DNA of 64,000 bases, taken from positions 21,533,262 through 21,597,261 of the forward strand of contig JASCQW010000148.1 in NCBI GenBank assembly GCA_030264375.1, written 5' to 3'. Shown here piece after piece: positions 25,099-35,915 of this stretch (the first letter of the stretch is position 1; every line of letters starts with the position of its first letter). Both the position numbers and the translations under genes were made by a program. This DNA is from Carcharhinus longimanus (taxonomy: Eukaryota). A model generated the notes under the pieces. That model did not search any database, had not been told where the DNA came from, and worked only from the letters and a program-made list of their open reading frames with translations.

Positions 25099-25229
25099 NN
25101 NNNNNNNNNNNNNNNNNNNNNNNNNNNNNNNNNNNNNNNNNNNNNNNNNNNNNNNNNNNNNNNNNNNNNNNNNNNNNNNNNNNNNNNNNNNNNNNNNNNN
25201 NNNNNNNNNNNNNNNNNNNNNNNNNNNNN

Positions 25230-25350
25230 CTGGGGTAAACACAGTAAAAAGTCTGACAACACCAGGTTTTAGTCCAACCGATTTATTTGATAGTAAACGC
25301 ACAAGCATAAATCGGTTGGACTAAAACCTGGTGTTGTCAGACTTTTGACT
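25230..25350 (-). mobile_element. Penelope-like terminal fragment with perfect 40-bp inverted repeat
   Basis: Arms 25247-25286 and 25307-25346; same family as 35819-37039 and 61798-61884. Confidence 0.8.
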
Positions 25351-25920
25351 GGACAGAACATATCTGGGGAATTTGCCACATTGCCTGTTAAATGCCAGTG
25401 TTTTAGCTGTACTGGAGCAGCTTGGCTGGGAACGTGGCTATTCTGCAGCACAAGTCTTCAGTACTTTTACTGGAATATTTTCAGGGCCCATAGCCTTCAC
25501 TGTATCCAGTGTCTTCAGCCACTTCCTGATGTGTGGAGTGAATGTAATTGGCTGAAGACTGACATCTAAAGTTTTAAAGTTTATTTATTAGTCACAGCAA
25601 GGCTTACATTAATGCTGCAATGAAGTTACTGTGAAATTCCCCTAGTCACCACACTTCAGCGCCTGTTTGGATCAATGCACCTAACCAACATGGCTTTCAG
25701 ACTGTGGGAGGAAACCGGAGCGCCTGAGGAAACCCGTGCTGACACGGGGAGAATGTGCAAACTCCACATAGACAGTGACCCAAATTGGGAATCAAACCCG
25801 TGTCCCTAACGCTGTGACGCAGCAATGCTAACCACTGTGATGCCCAATCTACAATGCCTGGGACCTCAGGAGGAGGTCAAGATGGATCATCTACCTAGCA
25901 CTTCTGGCTGAAGATGGCTT
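25350..25920 (-). mobile_element. LINE family B RT fragment interrupted by a SINE
   Basis: Homologous to 46735-46966 (antisense KAMGPxNIPxxVLKTCAxE). Confidence 0.75.
25568..25845 (-). mobile_element. V-SINE with non-CR1 tail, short ATCTA-type TSD
   Basis: Head (gctaaccactgtg antisense), V core and (aaacttt) tail. Confidence 0.85.
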
Positions 25921-26595
25921 TTCTGCACTAATCCACACCTGTTCAAATGACCGTTAATGTTATCCCTGACTTTCTTTAAAAGATTTCCAATCACCAAACT
26001 TAAACTGACTAGCCTATAGTTGCTTGGTTTTTCTTAACACAGTTTTTCTTTAGCAAGGCTGCAATGTTTGCCATTATCCAATTCTCTTGAACCACCACTG
26101 TATCTAAGGCAAATCAGAAGAATATAGCCTGTGCCTCTTCAACTTTTATGTCCCTCTCATCCTCGGCTAAATGTATAAATAAATTGTATAATGTTGGTCA
26201 AAATCATTGTGGAAGTTGAGAGGGAGCGAATTATATATTAAGTTATCACTGTTTTGCTATTATGTTGGAACATTAGTTAGAAATACTACACAGGATTTTC
26301 TGCTATTCTTATGGTATGTTTTGAGGTGGCGGAGGCCAATGGTCCTGTCAATGTCAATGGGGTTTCCAGTGTTTGCCCCCTACACTGCCGGGGAACCGGT
26401 GACAGGTTTCACCATTAGTGGGACTGGGAAATGCTGCCCATTATGTTTAACAATCGTAATTTACTTGGAAGGTAGGCAAATATTGTTCTGTAGTATCTTG
26501 AAAGTTGTAATGAAATGGTCAAATATTCGCTTTGGCTGAATACACAAGTAGGCATTTATAATGTGAAATGGGGAGACAGTGCTGTATTTCTCTTA

Positions 26596-26968
26596 ATCAC
26601 CTTTTTCATTTAATATTCTTTCATGGAATGTGAGCATTGTTGGCAAGACCAGCATTTTGTCTAATTTCCCTTGAAAAGGCAGTGATGAGCCCCCTTCTTG
26701 TGTGCACTCCATGGTGCTGTTAGGTAAAGTATTATGGAATTTTGACGCAGCAACAATGAAGGAGCAGCTGTATATTTCCAAATCAGGATGGCTTAAAGGG
26801 AAACTTGCAGATGGAGATGTTCCCATACACCACTTACTCTTCACCCTCTAGATAGTAGCAGTTGCAAGTTTTGAAGTTGCTATCAAAAGATCCTTAAATA
26901 GTTGCAAAACTGTATCTTATAGATAGTGCTCACTGCAACCATAGTACACTGGTGGTGGAGATTAGTAA
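26596..26968 (-). mobile_element. LINE family B 3' portion
   Basis: Homologous to 43580-43960 and 48-163. Confidence 0.75.
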
Positions 26969-26982
26969 ATCACATGATGAAA

Positions 26983-27876
26983 TTCACTCAGAGTGTAGTG
27001 GGTGAGTGGAATCGGCTGCTGTCGGTGGTGGTGGAGGCAAATTCGTTAGGGTCTTTTAAGAGACTTCTGGATGANNNNNNNNNNNNNNNNNNNNNNNNNN
27101 NNNNNNNNNNNNNNNNNNNNNNNNNNNNNNNNNNNNNNNNNNNNNNNNNNNNNNNNNNNNNNNNNNNNNNNNNNNNNNNNNNNNNNNNNNNNNNNNNNNN
27201 NNNNNNNNNNNNNNNNNNNNNNNNNNNNNNNNNNNNNNNNNNNNNNNNNNNNNNNNNNNNNNNNNNNNNNNNNNNNNNNNNNNNNNNNNNNNNNNNNNNN
27301 NNNNNNNNNNNNNNNNNNNNNNNNNNNNNNNNNNNNNNNNNNNNNNNNNNNNNNNNNNNNNNNNNNNNNNNNNNNNNNNNNNNNNNNNNNNNNNNNNNNN
27401 NNNNNNNNNNNNNNNNNNNNNNNNNNNNNNNNNNNNNNNNNNNNNNNNNNNNNNNNNNNNNNNNNNNNNNNNNNNNNNNNNNNNNNNNNNNNNNNNNNNN
27501 NNNNNNNNNNNNNNNNNNNNNNNNNNNNNNNNNNNNNNNNNNNNNNNNNNNNNNNNNNNNNNNNNNNNNNNNNNNNNNNNNNNNNNNNNNNNNNNNNNNN
27601 NNNNNNNNNNNNNNNNNNNNNNNNNNNNNNNNNNNNNNNNNNNNNNNNNNNNNNNNNNNNNNNNNNNNNNNNNNNNNNNNNNNNNNNNNNNNNNNNNNNN
27701 NNNNNGGTGGTGGTGGAGGCAAATTCGTTAGGGTCTTTTAAGAGACTTCTGGATGAGTACATGGGACTTAATAGGATTGAGGGTTATAGGTAGGCCAGTA
27801 GTTAGGGATATGATCGGCGCAACTTGTGGGCTGAAGGGCCTGTTTGTGCTGTAGTTTTTCTATGTTCTATGTTCTA
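26983..27876 (+). mobile_element. Young CR1 3' end spanning a gap
   Basis: FTQSVVGEWNRLLSVVVEANSLGSFKRLLDEYM; (ttctatg)n tail. Confidence 0.9.
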
Positions 27877-29756
27877 AATAATACTCAAGATAAAATAAAT
27901 TACTGTGGAGCTGATACATGACTAAATTTAAGTAATTAAGAACCTGATAATTAATACGTCTATCTTCCATTGCATTCTTTCATTGTTTAGGCACTTGAAG
28001 CTATCCTTAAATCTGAAGTCCAGAAAATAAAAATTACAATAATGAAACACGAACAAGCTTGAACCATGTTTATACATTTTCTGCATTAGTCAGTATGGCA
28101 GTACATTCTGACAGTGGCCATTGCCTAAAGATGTTCCTAATTCCATCAATTTTCCTGCATTGCGCTCAGAGCCCCATCATTTATTATACCACTTCATCTG
28201 CATTCTTATTTTCATTTGCAGTTTTTTGAGATTATTTCACCACGAATGGACCTCGAGGAATAACTTGGTGGAGAAGTTTGTAATATTGCACTCTTAAATT
28301 GAACAGAAACATGTGAAAACCAGTTATAGACTTCAGCAAAAGGCAATATTATTCCCGTGAAGATTAATGATATGGACATTGAACTAGTTACTGTCTAGGT
28401 GTCCAACTGGATGGGTTGAATGGGAGGAAACATGTACAGGTATGGTGGCCAAGGAACATACAGATTACGCTACCTCAGAAAATTGGATTGATTTCACAAA
28501 TCATGAAACTCTTCTATATGGCGGTAGTTGAGCGTGCTATCCTTTTTGGATGCCTCACTGCCACTGTTGTCTTAGGAAAGCAGAATCTTTAAGGGTACAG
28601 AGATTATTGAACCTGGGGAAAAGGCATTTGATGAGCAGATTTTTCTTAATGAAATCATCTTTTGAAGAATAGCAAAGGTAATGAGTGTTATGAAATATGA
28701 AAATCGCCTCTTGTCTCAGTATTATTGCTGGTTGTGTTCAGGAAAAAGGTTGCAAACCCTCAAGGTTCTTGAACTTGTTTGTGCCCTTTTTTGTAAAAAA
28801 CCTTTAGCAGGAATTTAATGTATGGATCAGAATATACATTTTGGGTGAGACTCTGAATATTCTGGTACATTGGACTAGTTTTTAATGTATTTTTAATTGT
28901 GATTTTTGTAATGGGATCATTTTCTTTTATTGTTATCATTCATTTACATGTCATTTATTTAACAGCTGAGCAGTGTGCCCAAAATTAATTTCCATTTGGA
29001 CAATAAAGTGAAATTGAAATTGATTACTGCAAAAGTGTCCTAAAATTAGTAGGAGGAAATTTTACTTTCGCCAAAAGGAAATGTATTATTTATGTTGCGG
29101 ATTTTTCTTTACGCCACAATGCAATGTGATCTCTTACTGTTTCACATTCACCGCATTGTGTTACAACACAGCCCTATTGACAAAGAATGGGATCTCACGG
29201 CAGGAAAATTGCATCTTGCCTCAGGCAAGGAGGTGTTTGCAGGCACACTCGTGCTTTCACTGTTTTGAAGGAGAGATGAAAGTACTGCCACAAGGCTCAC
29301 CATCACTTGACATTTTTGTGAGATGCAATGGCTATGGGGAGTGGAAATGATGCATGTAGAATAATCATATAATACTCAATGAACAGATTGCAGCATGTTC
29401 TTGATTCTAAACTCAGTCCCGATTAGTATATTCATTTCTAGGGCATCGTGTGCTTTGTGCCATAATTAGTTTCTGTTCAAATGTTCTTTAATATTTTTAT
29501 TTGCTAATGGTTTTATATGTTTCTTTCACCCACTGTGCATTGTTTAGTTCAAAATGTTCACAGACTTGTTCTTATGGTGGCTGAAAATAGGTATTTTAAG
29601 AGACTAACCTTGTAAAGTTAATGGGTTTTAGTCCATTGTATGTTTAGATTGCAGTGAAGCTATGACCAGATAAATCTGCCTTCCATCACCTGCTGATATT
29701 TGATTCAGACAAGTTTGATGCCAAATTACACTAAATAGTTCACATCAAGCCAAAAG

Positions 29757-31330
29757 CTAGTTTGCTTTGGTGGGAATGTAAGGTTGTGAAGAAGATGCAA
29801 AGAGCCGTCAAGGGATTTTGATAGGCTAAATGGGTGGGCAAGAATATGACAGATAGAATATAATGTGGAAAATTGTGAAATTATCCACTTTGGTAGACAT
29901 GCAGAGTATTTGATTTGATATATTATTGTCATATGCATTGGGATACAATGATGCTTGCTATACAAAGCATACGCTACAAAGAGAAGGAAAGGAGAGGGTG
30001 CAGAATGTAGTGTTACAGTCATAACTAAGATGTAGAGAAAGATCAATTTAAGATAGGTCCATTCAAATGCCTGTTGGCAGCAGGGAAGAAGCTGTTGTTG
30101 ACTTGGTTGATATATGACCTCAGACTTTTGTATCTTTTTTCCAATGGTAAAAGGTAAAGAAGCTTATGTCGGAGGTGCATGGAGTCCTTGATTATGCTGG
30201 CTACTTTTTCAAGGCAGCAGGAAGTGTAGATAGAGTCAATAGATGGGAGGCTGGTTTGAGTGATGGACTGAACTTTGTTTTGATTCTTTGTAGTTTCTTG
30301 CAGCCTTGGACAGAGCAGGAGCCCTACCAAGCTGTGATACAATCAGAAAGGATGCTTTCTCTGGTGCATCTATAAAAGTTGGTGAGAGTCGTAGCAGACA
30401 TGTCAAATTTCCTTAGCCTCCTGAGAAAATAGAGACGTTGGTGGGCTTTCTTAACGTTAACTATAGCATTGGCACGGAGGGACCAGAACACGTTGGTGAT
30501 CTGGACACCTAGAATATGAAGCTCTTGGCAATTTCCACTTCATCCCCGCTGATGTAGATAGGGGCATGTCTTCCATTATGCTTCCTGAAGCAGATGACTA
30601 TCTCCTTCATAAATTGGGAGAGATTCGGAAGTGTTGATGTCCAAAAGGAACTGTGTATCCTTGTTATAAGTCACTGGAAACAAACAAGCAGGTGCAGCAA
30701 GCAATTTGGAANNNNNNNNNNNNNNNNNNNNNNNNNNNNNNNNNNNNNNNNNNNNNNNNNNNNNNNNNNNNNNNNNNNNNNNNNNNNNNNNNNNNNNNNN
30801 NNNNNNNNNNNNNNNNNNNNNNNNNNNNNNNNNNNNNNNNNNNNNNNNNNNNNNNNNNNNNNNNNNNNNNNNNNNNNNNNNNNNNNNNNNNNNNNNNNNN
30901 NNNNNNNNNNNNNNNNNNNNNNNNNNNNNNNNNNNNNNNNNNNNNNNNNNNNNNNNNNNAGTGACCTCATTGAAGCATACAAAATTCTTTCAGGACTCGA
31001 CAGGATAAATGCAGGAAGGATGTTTCCCTTCATTCAGGAGTGGGGGTGTCTCAAACCAGGGAACCCACTCTCAGAATAAGAAGCAAGCCATTTAGGACTG
31101 AGATGAGGAGGAATTTCTTCTGTCCAGAAATGGTGACTCTTTGGAATTCTCCACTCCAGAGAATTGCGGAAGTTCAATCATTGAGTATGTTCCAAACAGA
31201 GTTCAAACGATTTCTAGACACCAGTTACATCATGAGACATGAGATTAGAGTGAGAAGATGGCATTGAGGGAGAAGATCAGCCATAATCTAGTCAAATGAT
31301 GGAGCAGGCTTGAGGGGCTGAATGGCCTAC
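29757..31330 (+). mobile_element. CR1 LINE interrupted by a Rex1/Babar insertion
   Basis: DRLNGWARI..YNVENCEIIHFG before the insertion; DVQKEL and DLIEAYKIL after it; CR1 3' UTR. Confidence 0.88.
29908..30610 (-). mobile_element. Rex1/Babar-type LINE nested in CR1
   Basis: Minus ORF KVQSITQTSLPSIDSIYTSCCLEKVASIIKD...NNSFFP; (atttg)n tail. Confidence 0.9.
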
Positions 31331-32579
31331 CCCGGCTCCTATGTTCCTAACTCTGTAATACTATCAGTCATTGTGTAAATTAAATGTTATTGACTTTTCT
31401 CATTTATTTGGATGACAGTTCCTTACAGTCAATAATATATCTATTGTAGCATAAATAAATTGTTTGATTTAATCTAGACATATTGCAGTCTGTCAAACAA
31501 TTGAACTACATCTGTAAGGCAAATGAAATGCCATCAGTCTCCCATATGGTTTTAATTCATCTATCAACTGTTTCTTCCTGCTGACTTTAGTGCCCTGAAT
31601 TGTGATCCACATGAAACCGCTTTCAGCTTTCGAGAAATGTCATTTTTCAAATACTACAGCATTTAAAACCCTTCCACAATCTTCATAACAATCCTCCTTA
31701 TTCTGTTTGTAATCAGTTTAAGTTCCTAACCTCACCTTTCACAACTGTTTCCATTTTATGTACAATGTGTAACTTAAATATATCTCACTGCTATCAGAAT
31801 TCTGTAGAAATAATAAATGGTTTACATCTATTGAACCAGTTTTCTCATTTTAGTTAGGAGGTTTGCTTTGATATGTATGATGTAGTTTCAATGTTTTAGA
31901 AGCTGTGCTGAAGCGTATAAGAGTTGTTTCAGGGTGCTGGATACTGTTTGGTACGTCTTGCTGAAGTCCTCACAGTTTTAAATAGTTAACAGTATGCATT
32001 TATTAACTACAAGAACTGTGTACTTGTATGCAGTAAACGGGTCAAGCCAGGACTGTCTCCATGCTTGTTTGTGCATGTGGCTCTGTCCAACGCTAGTCTG
32101 AACCTTAGGTGTAGGTCATATGTTCTCTTTTATCACTGTTTGGAAGGCACTGTACTCAATCCCTCATTGACCGTTATGCTACAAGAGTCAGTCCTTGTAG
32201 TGATGCATGACTTCATCAGAAACACAAAGGATATTTATTAAACCAGAAAAACTGAGGCAGGCAGACCCTCCACCATGTAACTTTCTCCCACTCTCCAGTG
32301 AGAGATTGGGAGAGAATTACACCAATTTTTTTGGGTGAGCTCTCAGACGCAATCGTACGGAACTTAGTGCAAAAAGAAGAGGTAAAGTGTGATTCACAAT
32401 AGTAGGTGGAGTGGACGGAGTCTATGCTCACTGGGAAGCTAGTTGCTGACTGATAGAGGGCACTATTGAACATGCGCCTTGATCCCTACGTTCTTTCAGG
32501 GGTCTTTTGGTGCCCTCTTTCTGGGATCTTTCAGTACCCTTATTCTAGAGTCTTTTATCCACTTTCTGGTTCTTCCAAA

Positions 32580-32713
32580 CTTCCTCTGAGGTCTCCCATT
32601 GCCTCCTCTTGGGGCCTGCATTGCCTCTACTGAGGCCTTTTGTTGCCCCTTCCTTGAGGAGGTCATTGCTTCCTCTGATGTCTTGCGTTGTTCTTTCCTT
32701 GAGGTCTTTGTTG
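32580..32713. repeat. Degenerate 22-23 bp minisatellite, 6 units
   Basis: cttcctctgaggtctcccattg | cctcctcttggggcctgcattg | cctctactgaggccttttgttg | ccccttccttgaggaggtcattg | cttcctctgatgtcttgcgttg | ttctttccttgaggtctttgttg. Confidence 0.8.
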
Positions 32714-33161
32714 ATTATGGACCTTTTTGAGAGTTGCCTTCTTTCTGGGTTCTTCTCCAATTTCCCTGTCCATCGCCTTTTGTTTCCTTTTGTGGTTGTT
32801 GCTTTATGTGCACCGTCACATTAAAGGTATTACCACTTTAAATGCATAACCTTTTTAAATATATTATCACTTTAAGACTGTCAACTTTTTTTTCAGCTGT
32901 CAGCTGCTGCTGGTTCTGCTTTTTTTTCCCACTCGTTTGAAGTTTTGGTATGAATTCTGGATGGTCCTTCTTGGACTTCTGTTTAAACTTTTAAAAGTTC
33001 TCTTCTCTTGTACTGAGTCCTTGTGACAATCTTGGCACCTTTTTATTCACTTTTACTGCCTGGAGAATCAATTCTTTTTCTACTTTTGATGCTCCTTTTG
33101 TTAATTTCATTGCAAGATCCAGTGCCGTCTGTTCAGGATTTTTTTTAACACTTTTAACTTT

Positions 33162-33558
33162 TAGTGGTCGCCTCACTACAGGAAGGATGTGGAAGCAATT
33201 GAGAGGGTGCAGAGGAGATTACAAGGATGTTGCCGGGATTGGGAGGCATGCCNNNNNNNNNNNNNNNNNNNNNNNNNNNNNNNNNNNNNNNNNNNNNNNN
33301 NNNNNNNNNNNNNNNNNNNNNNNNNNNNNNNNNNNNNNNNNNNNNNNNNNNNCAGAGGGTGGTGAGTGAGTGGAATTGGCTGCTGTCGGTGGTGGTAGAG
33401 GCGAACTCGCTGGGGTCTTTTAGAAGACTCCTGGATGAGTATATGGGATCTAATGGCATTGGAAGTTACAGATAGTTCTATGGCTTGGTAGATATAAATG
33501 TGATCGGCGCAACTTGTGGGCCAAAGGGCCTGTTCGTGCTGTAGTGTTCTATGTTCCA
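33162..33558 (+). mobile_element. Young CR1 3' portion inserted in the LTR element; TSD TAACTTT (33155-33161 / 33559-33565)
   Basis: WSPHYRKDVEAIERVQRR and QRVVSEWNWL; ttctatg tail. Confidence 0.92.
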
Positions 33559-34999
33559 TAACTTTCTTTCAAACAGGTTGGGGACATCTTCTCAAAACTT
33601 TGGAACCCCACTGCCTGCAGTCCCTCAGTGCAGGGATCACTACCCAGACCCTTCGCAGACTCTGCTATGTTCGGGAGCCCAGCAATCTCAGTGTGTTCAT
33701 CTTCTCACATTCTTTAAGAACTTGCTGCAGCTCTTTGGGGCAATTTCCCCTTAAACACTGCTCTCTGTACTCTCCTTTTGTCCCTCAAAAAATGCTGCAG
33801 CAACTATGCCTTGTTTTTAAGTTAAGTTATACTTTTCTATAAACTGAAAATCACAGCTCTTGCTTCTGAAGACTTATGTTCTCTTGATTATTTTCTTTTA
33901 TGCATTTCTAAAGTTTTGACTGCATCGGCCAATTCAGGTCCACTCTGTGTGTATCCCTTGATGATCTGGCAATATCTCAACATCTCAGGTGGGCCTATTC
34001 GCCCAAAAGCAGGCATTCGGGTGAGTATTTCTTTCTTCAGACTTTGATTAAAGCAGGATACTCATATTTGTCGGGCCAGAGGTTATGTTCTCATAACCCA
34101 TCCTGTCCTCGTCGCCAGTGTAATGATGCATGCTCACAAACTTCATCAGGAACACAAAGGATATTTACTAACCAGGAAGAACTGTACAGAGGCTGGCAGC
34201 CCCAATCTGTCCGTGGCTTCAGTCTGTCTTCTACCTAAGAGCAGACTCCACACCCTGGGATGATTATCCACTGTCAGTTCCAATTGGCCCCTTAAGCCAG
34301 GTGATCCTCTTCTGCTGTATGTCCCTTAAATGGACAGTCCTTGTGCTGATTGGTTTTCTGTCGATCCTAAATAATTTGAAAGGGTTCGTAATTTATGCAA
34401 AGTTGTGGTTTAATAGTTTATTTCTGTTGAAATGAATATTTTTCTATAATCTGTCACTCCCAATAATGTTTTCTTTTCAGTTGCAACTTTGCTTCATGAA
34501 GCATTGCTGAAAATTTCAATGAGGATCTGAAAGACACTACAACATCTTTAGAAAATGGTTCAGATTAAAATGGACAATAGAAAATATCTCAAATGGAAAA
34601 ACTATGTTGGCAATATGTTTTCCTTCTCCAATGAATTTCTGTGTAGAGATATTGCCCAAGAAACATTAGGAACACGTGTAATATTTCAGCACAGTGGTTT
34701 CTAAATCTGAAGAACAGTTGCTAAGGTCAGCTTCTGGAATCTGCTGCTGGAATTGATGGAAAAAGCTAACTTCAGCAGGTTGATTGTTGTGATGCCCCCC
34801 GCCCTGTTGTATAGACTATCTTGAGTTGGCAACAAGGAAGGAAATTGGTGTTGATGCTTCGCAATGATGGTTTAGGAACATTTCAAGACACTTAGTTATA
34901 CCTTTCAAAACAATGCCAATACTGGTGATTTTTCATCCAAAATATTATACTTGTCAAGTTGGAGGAACCTGCATGTGCAGCAATACCTTGGATGAAGTT

Positions 35000-35370
35000 T
35001 TCATTGGACATTGCATATAATGCGCTGTAAGAGTTTGGTATTACCTCTGTTAAGAAACCATATCTCAACAAATTTTTATCACTTGACTTGATAAAGTAAA
35101 TAGGAATAAATAATTTCTATGGGGCAATGAATTTGTGGCTAGAGGATATTAAATTTAAGATTATCATGAAGTAATAAAGAAAAACCCGAGTTATTTTTAT
35201 ATGCAGAAGCTTATTGGAATATGAAATGTCCTATCAAAAACAACGATGGAAGCAGAACATGTAACAGCCTGCTAAAAGAAAGATGGTTAAATATTGAAGA
35301 AGGAAAAATAAAATGGTGTGGGGAAAGAACAATGGTGGGGTTGAATGAATTGCTCTTTCAAAATGCAGGC
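35000..35370 (+). mobile_element. Old CR1 3' fragment
   Basis: Degenerate ctagaggatattaaatttaag (TRGHKFK-like) and gaatgaattgctctttcaaa terminus. Confidence 0.5.
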
Positions 35371-35877
35371 AGTTTTGCGCTTTAAAATTTATGCATTTAT
35401 CATTGCCTCTGGGTGAATGTCTCAGGAAGCCAGTGTATTAGACAAAACAAAAGAAGAGAAATCATGAAAATCTGAGTCTTCCTTGAATTCAATATGACTG
35501 TCCTTAGAGGAGAAAATGCATTTAGTTGCTCGGTAATACAGAATTTGAATATTGCTAAAGAAAGAGACATGCTGTCAAAGCTTTTCATTGTGCATTCATC
35601 AGGATGCTACAAAAATTTCAAATTTCAAAAGAAATAACAATCTATACTGCTTAAGAATAAGGGTGCTGATTGGCCAAGACATTGCCAAATATAAGTGGGC
35701 TACATTGCAATCCCAACTGATAATCTTAAATAATTAAATTCAATAGTTGCATTGTTTGCTAGAAGCCACTTATATTCATTCACTTGCAGAGGCCAGGTCC
35801 ATACGTATGAAATAAAGATACAGTAAGAAGTATCACAACACCAGGTTAAAGTCCAACAGGTTTATTTGGTAGCACAA

Positions 35878-35915
35878 GCCATTAGCTTTTGAAGCGCTGC
35901 CCCTTCATCAGATGA
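35878..35915 (-). ncRNA. Decayed minimal type I hammerhead ribozyme
   Basis: Minus strand reads cat-CTGATGA-aggggcagcgcttc-AAAA(for GAAA)-gcta; CUGAUGA is intact at 35911-35905. Confidence 0.6.

Larger units (their letters stand above)
32196..34336 (-). mobile_element. Non-autonomous Gypsy-type LTR element with TSD GTCCT
   Basis: Direct repeats at 32196-32268 and 34119-34202; TGT..ACA ends; TSD at 32191-32195 / 34337-34341; PBS TGGCGACGAGGA (minus strand, 34117-34106); gag-like start MPAFGRIGP. Confidence 0.8.

Noticed and set aside
24669-25238. 189-aa ORF
   Set aside because: Antisense frame of a decayed CR1 plus a gap.
26926-27793. Long ORFs of 238-271 aa (likewise 35958-36908 and 30594-31079)
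   Set aside because: They are open only because N-runs translate as X; the flanks are CR1 or Penelope sequence.
32580-32713. CRISPR-like appearance of short periodic repeats
   Set aside because: Degenerate contiguous tandem units with no unique spacers, in a vertebrate intron with no cas genes.
32545-33176. Lys/Glu-rich minus-strand ORFs as a captured gene
   Set aside because: Short, interrupted and explainable by A-rich composition; no identifiable domain. Retained only as unexplained LTR-element interior.
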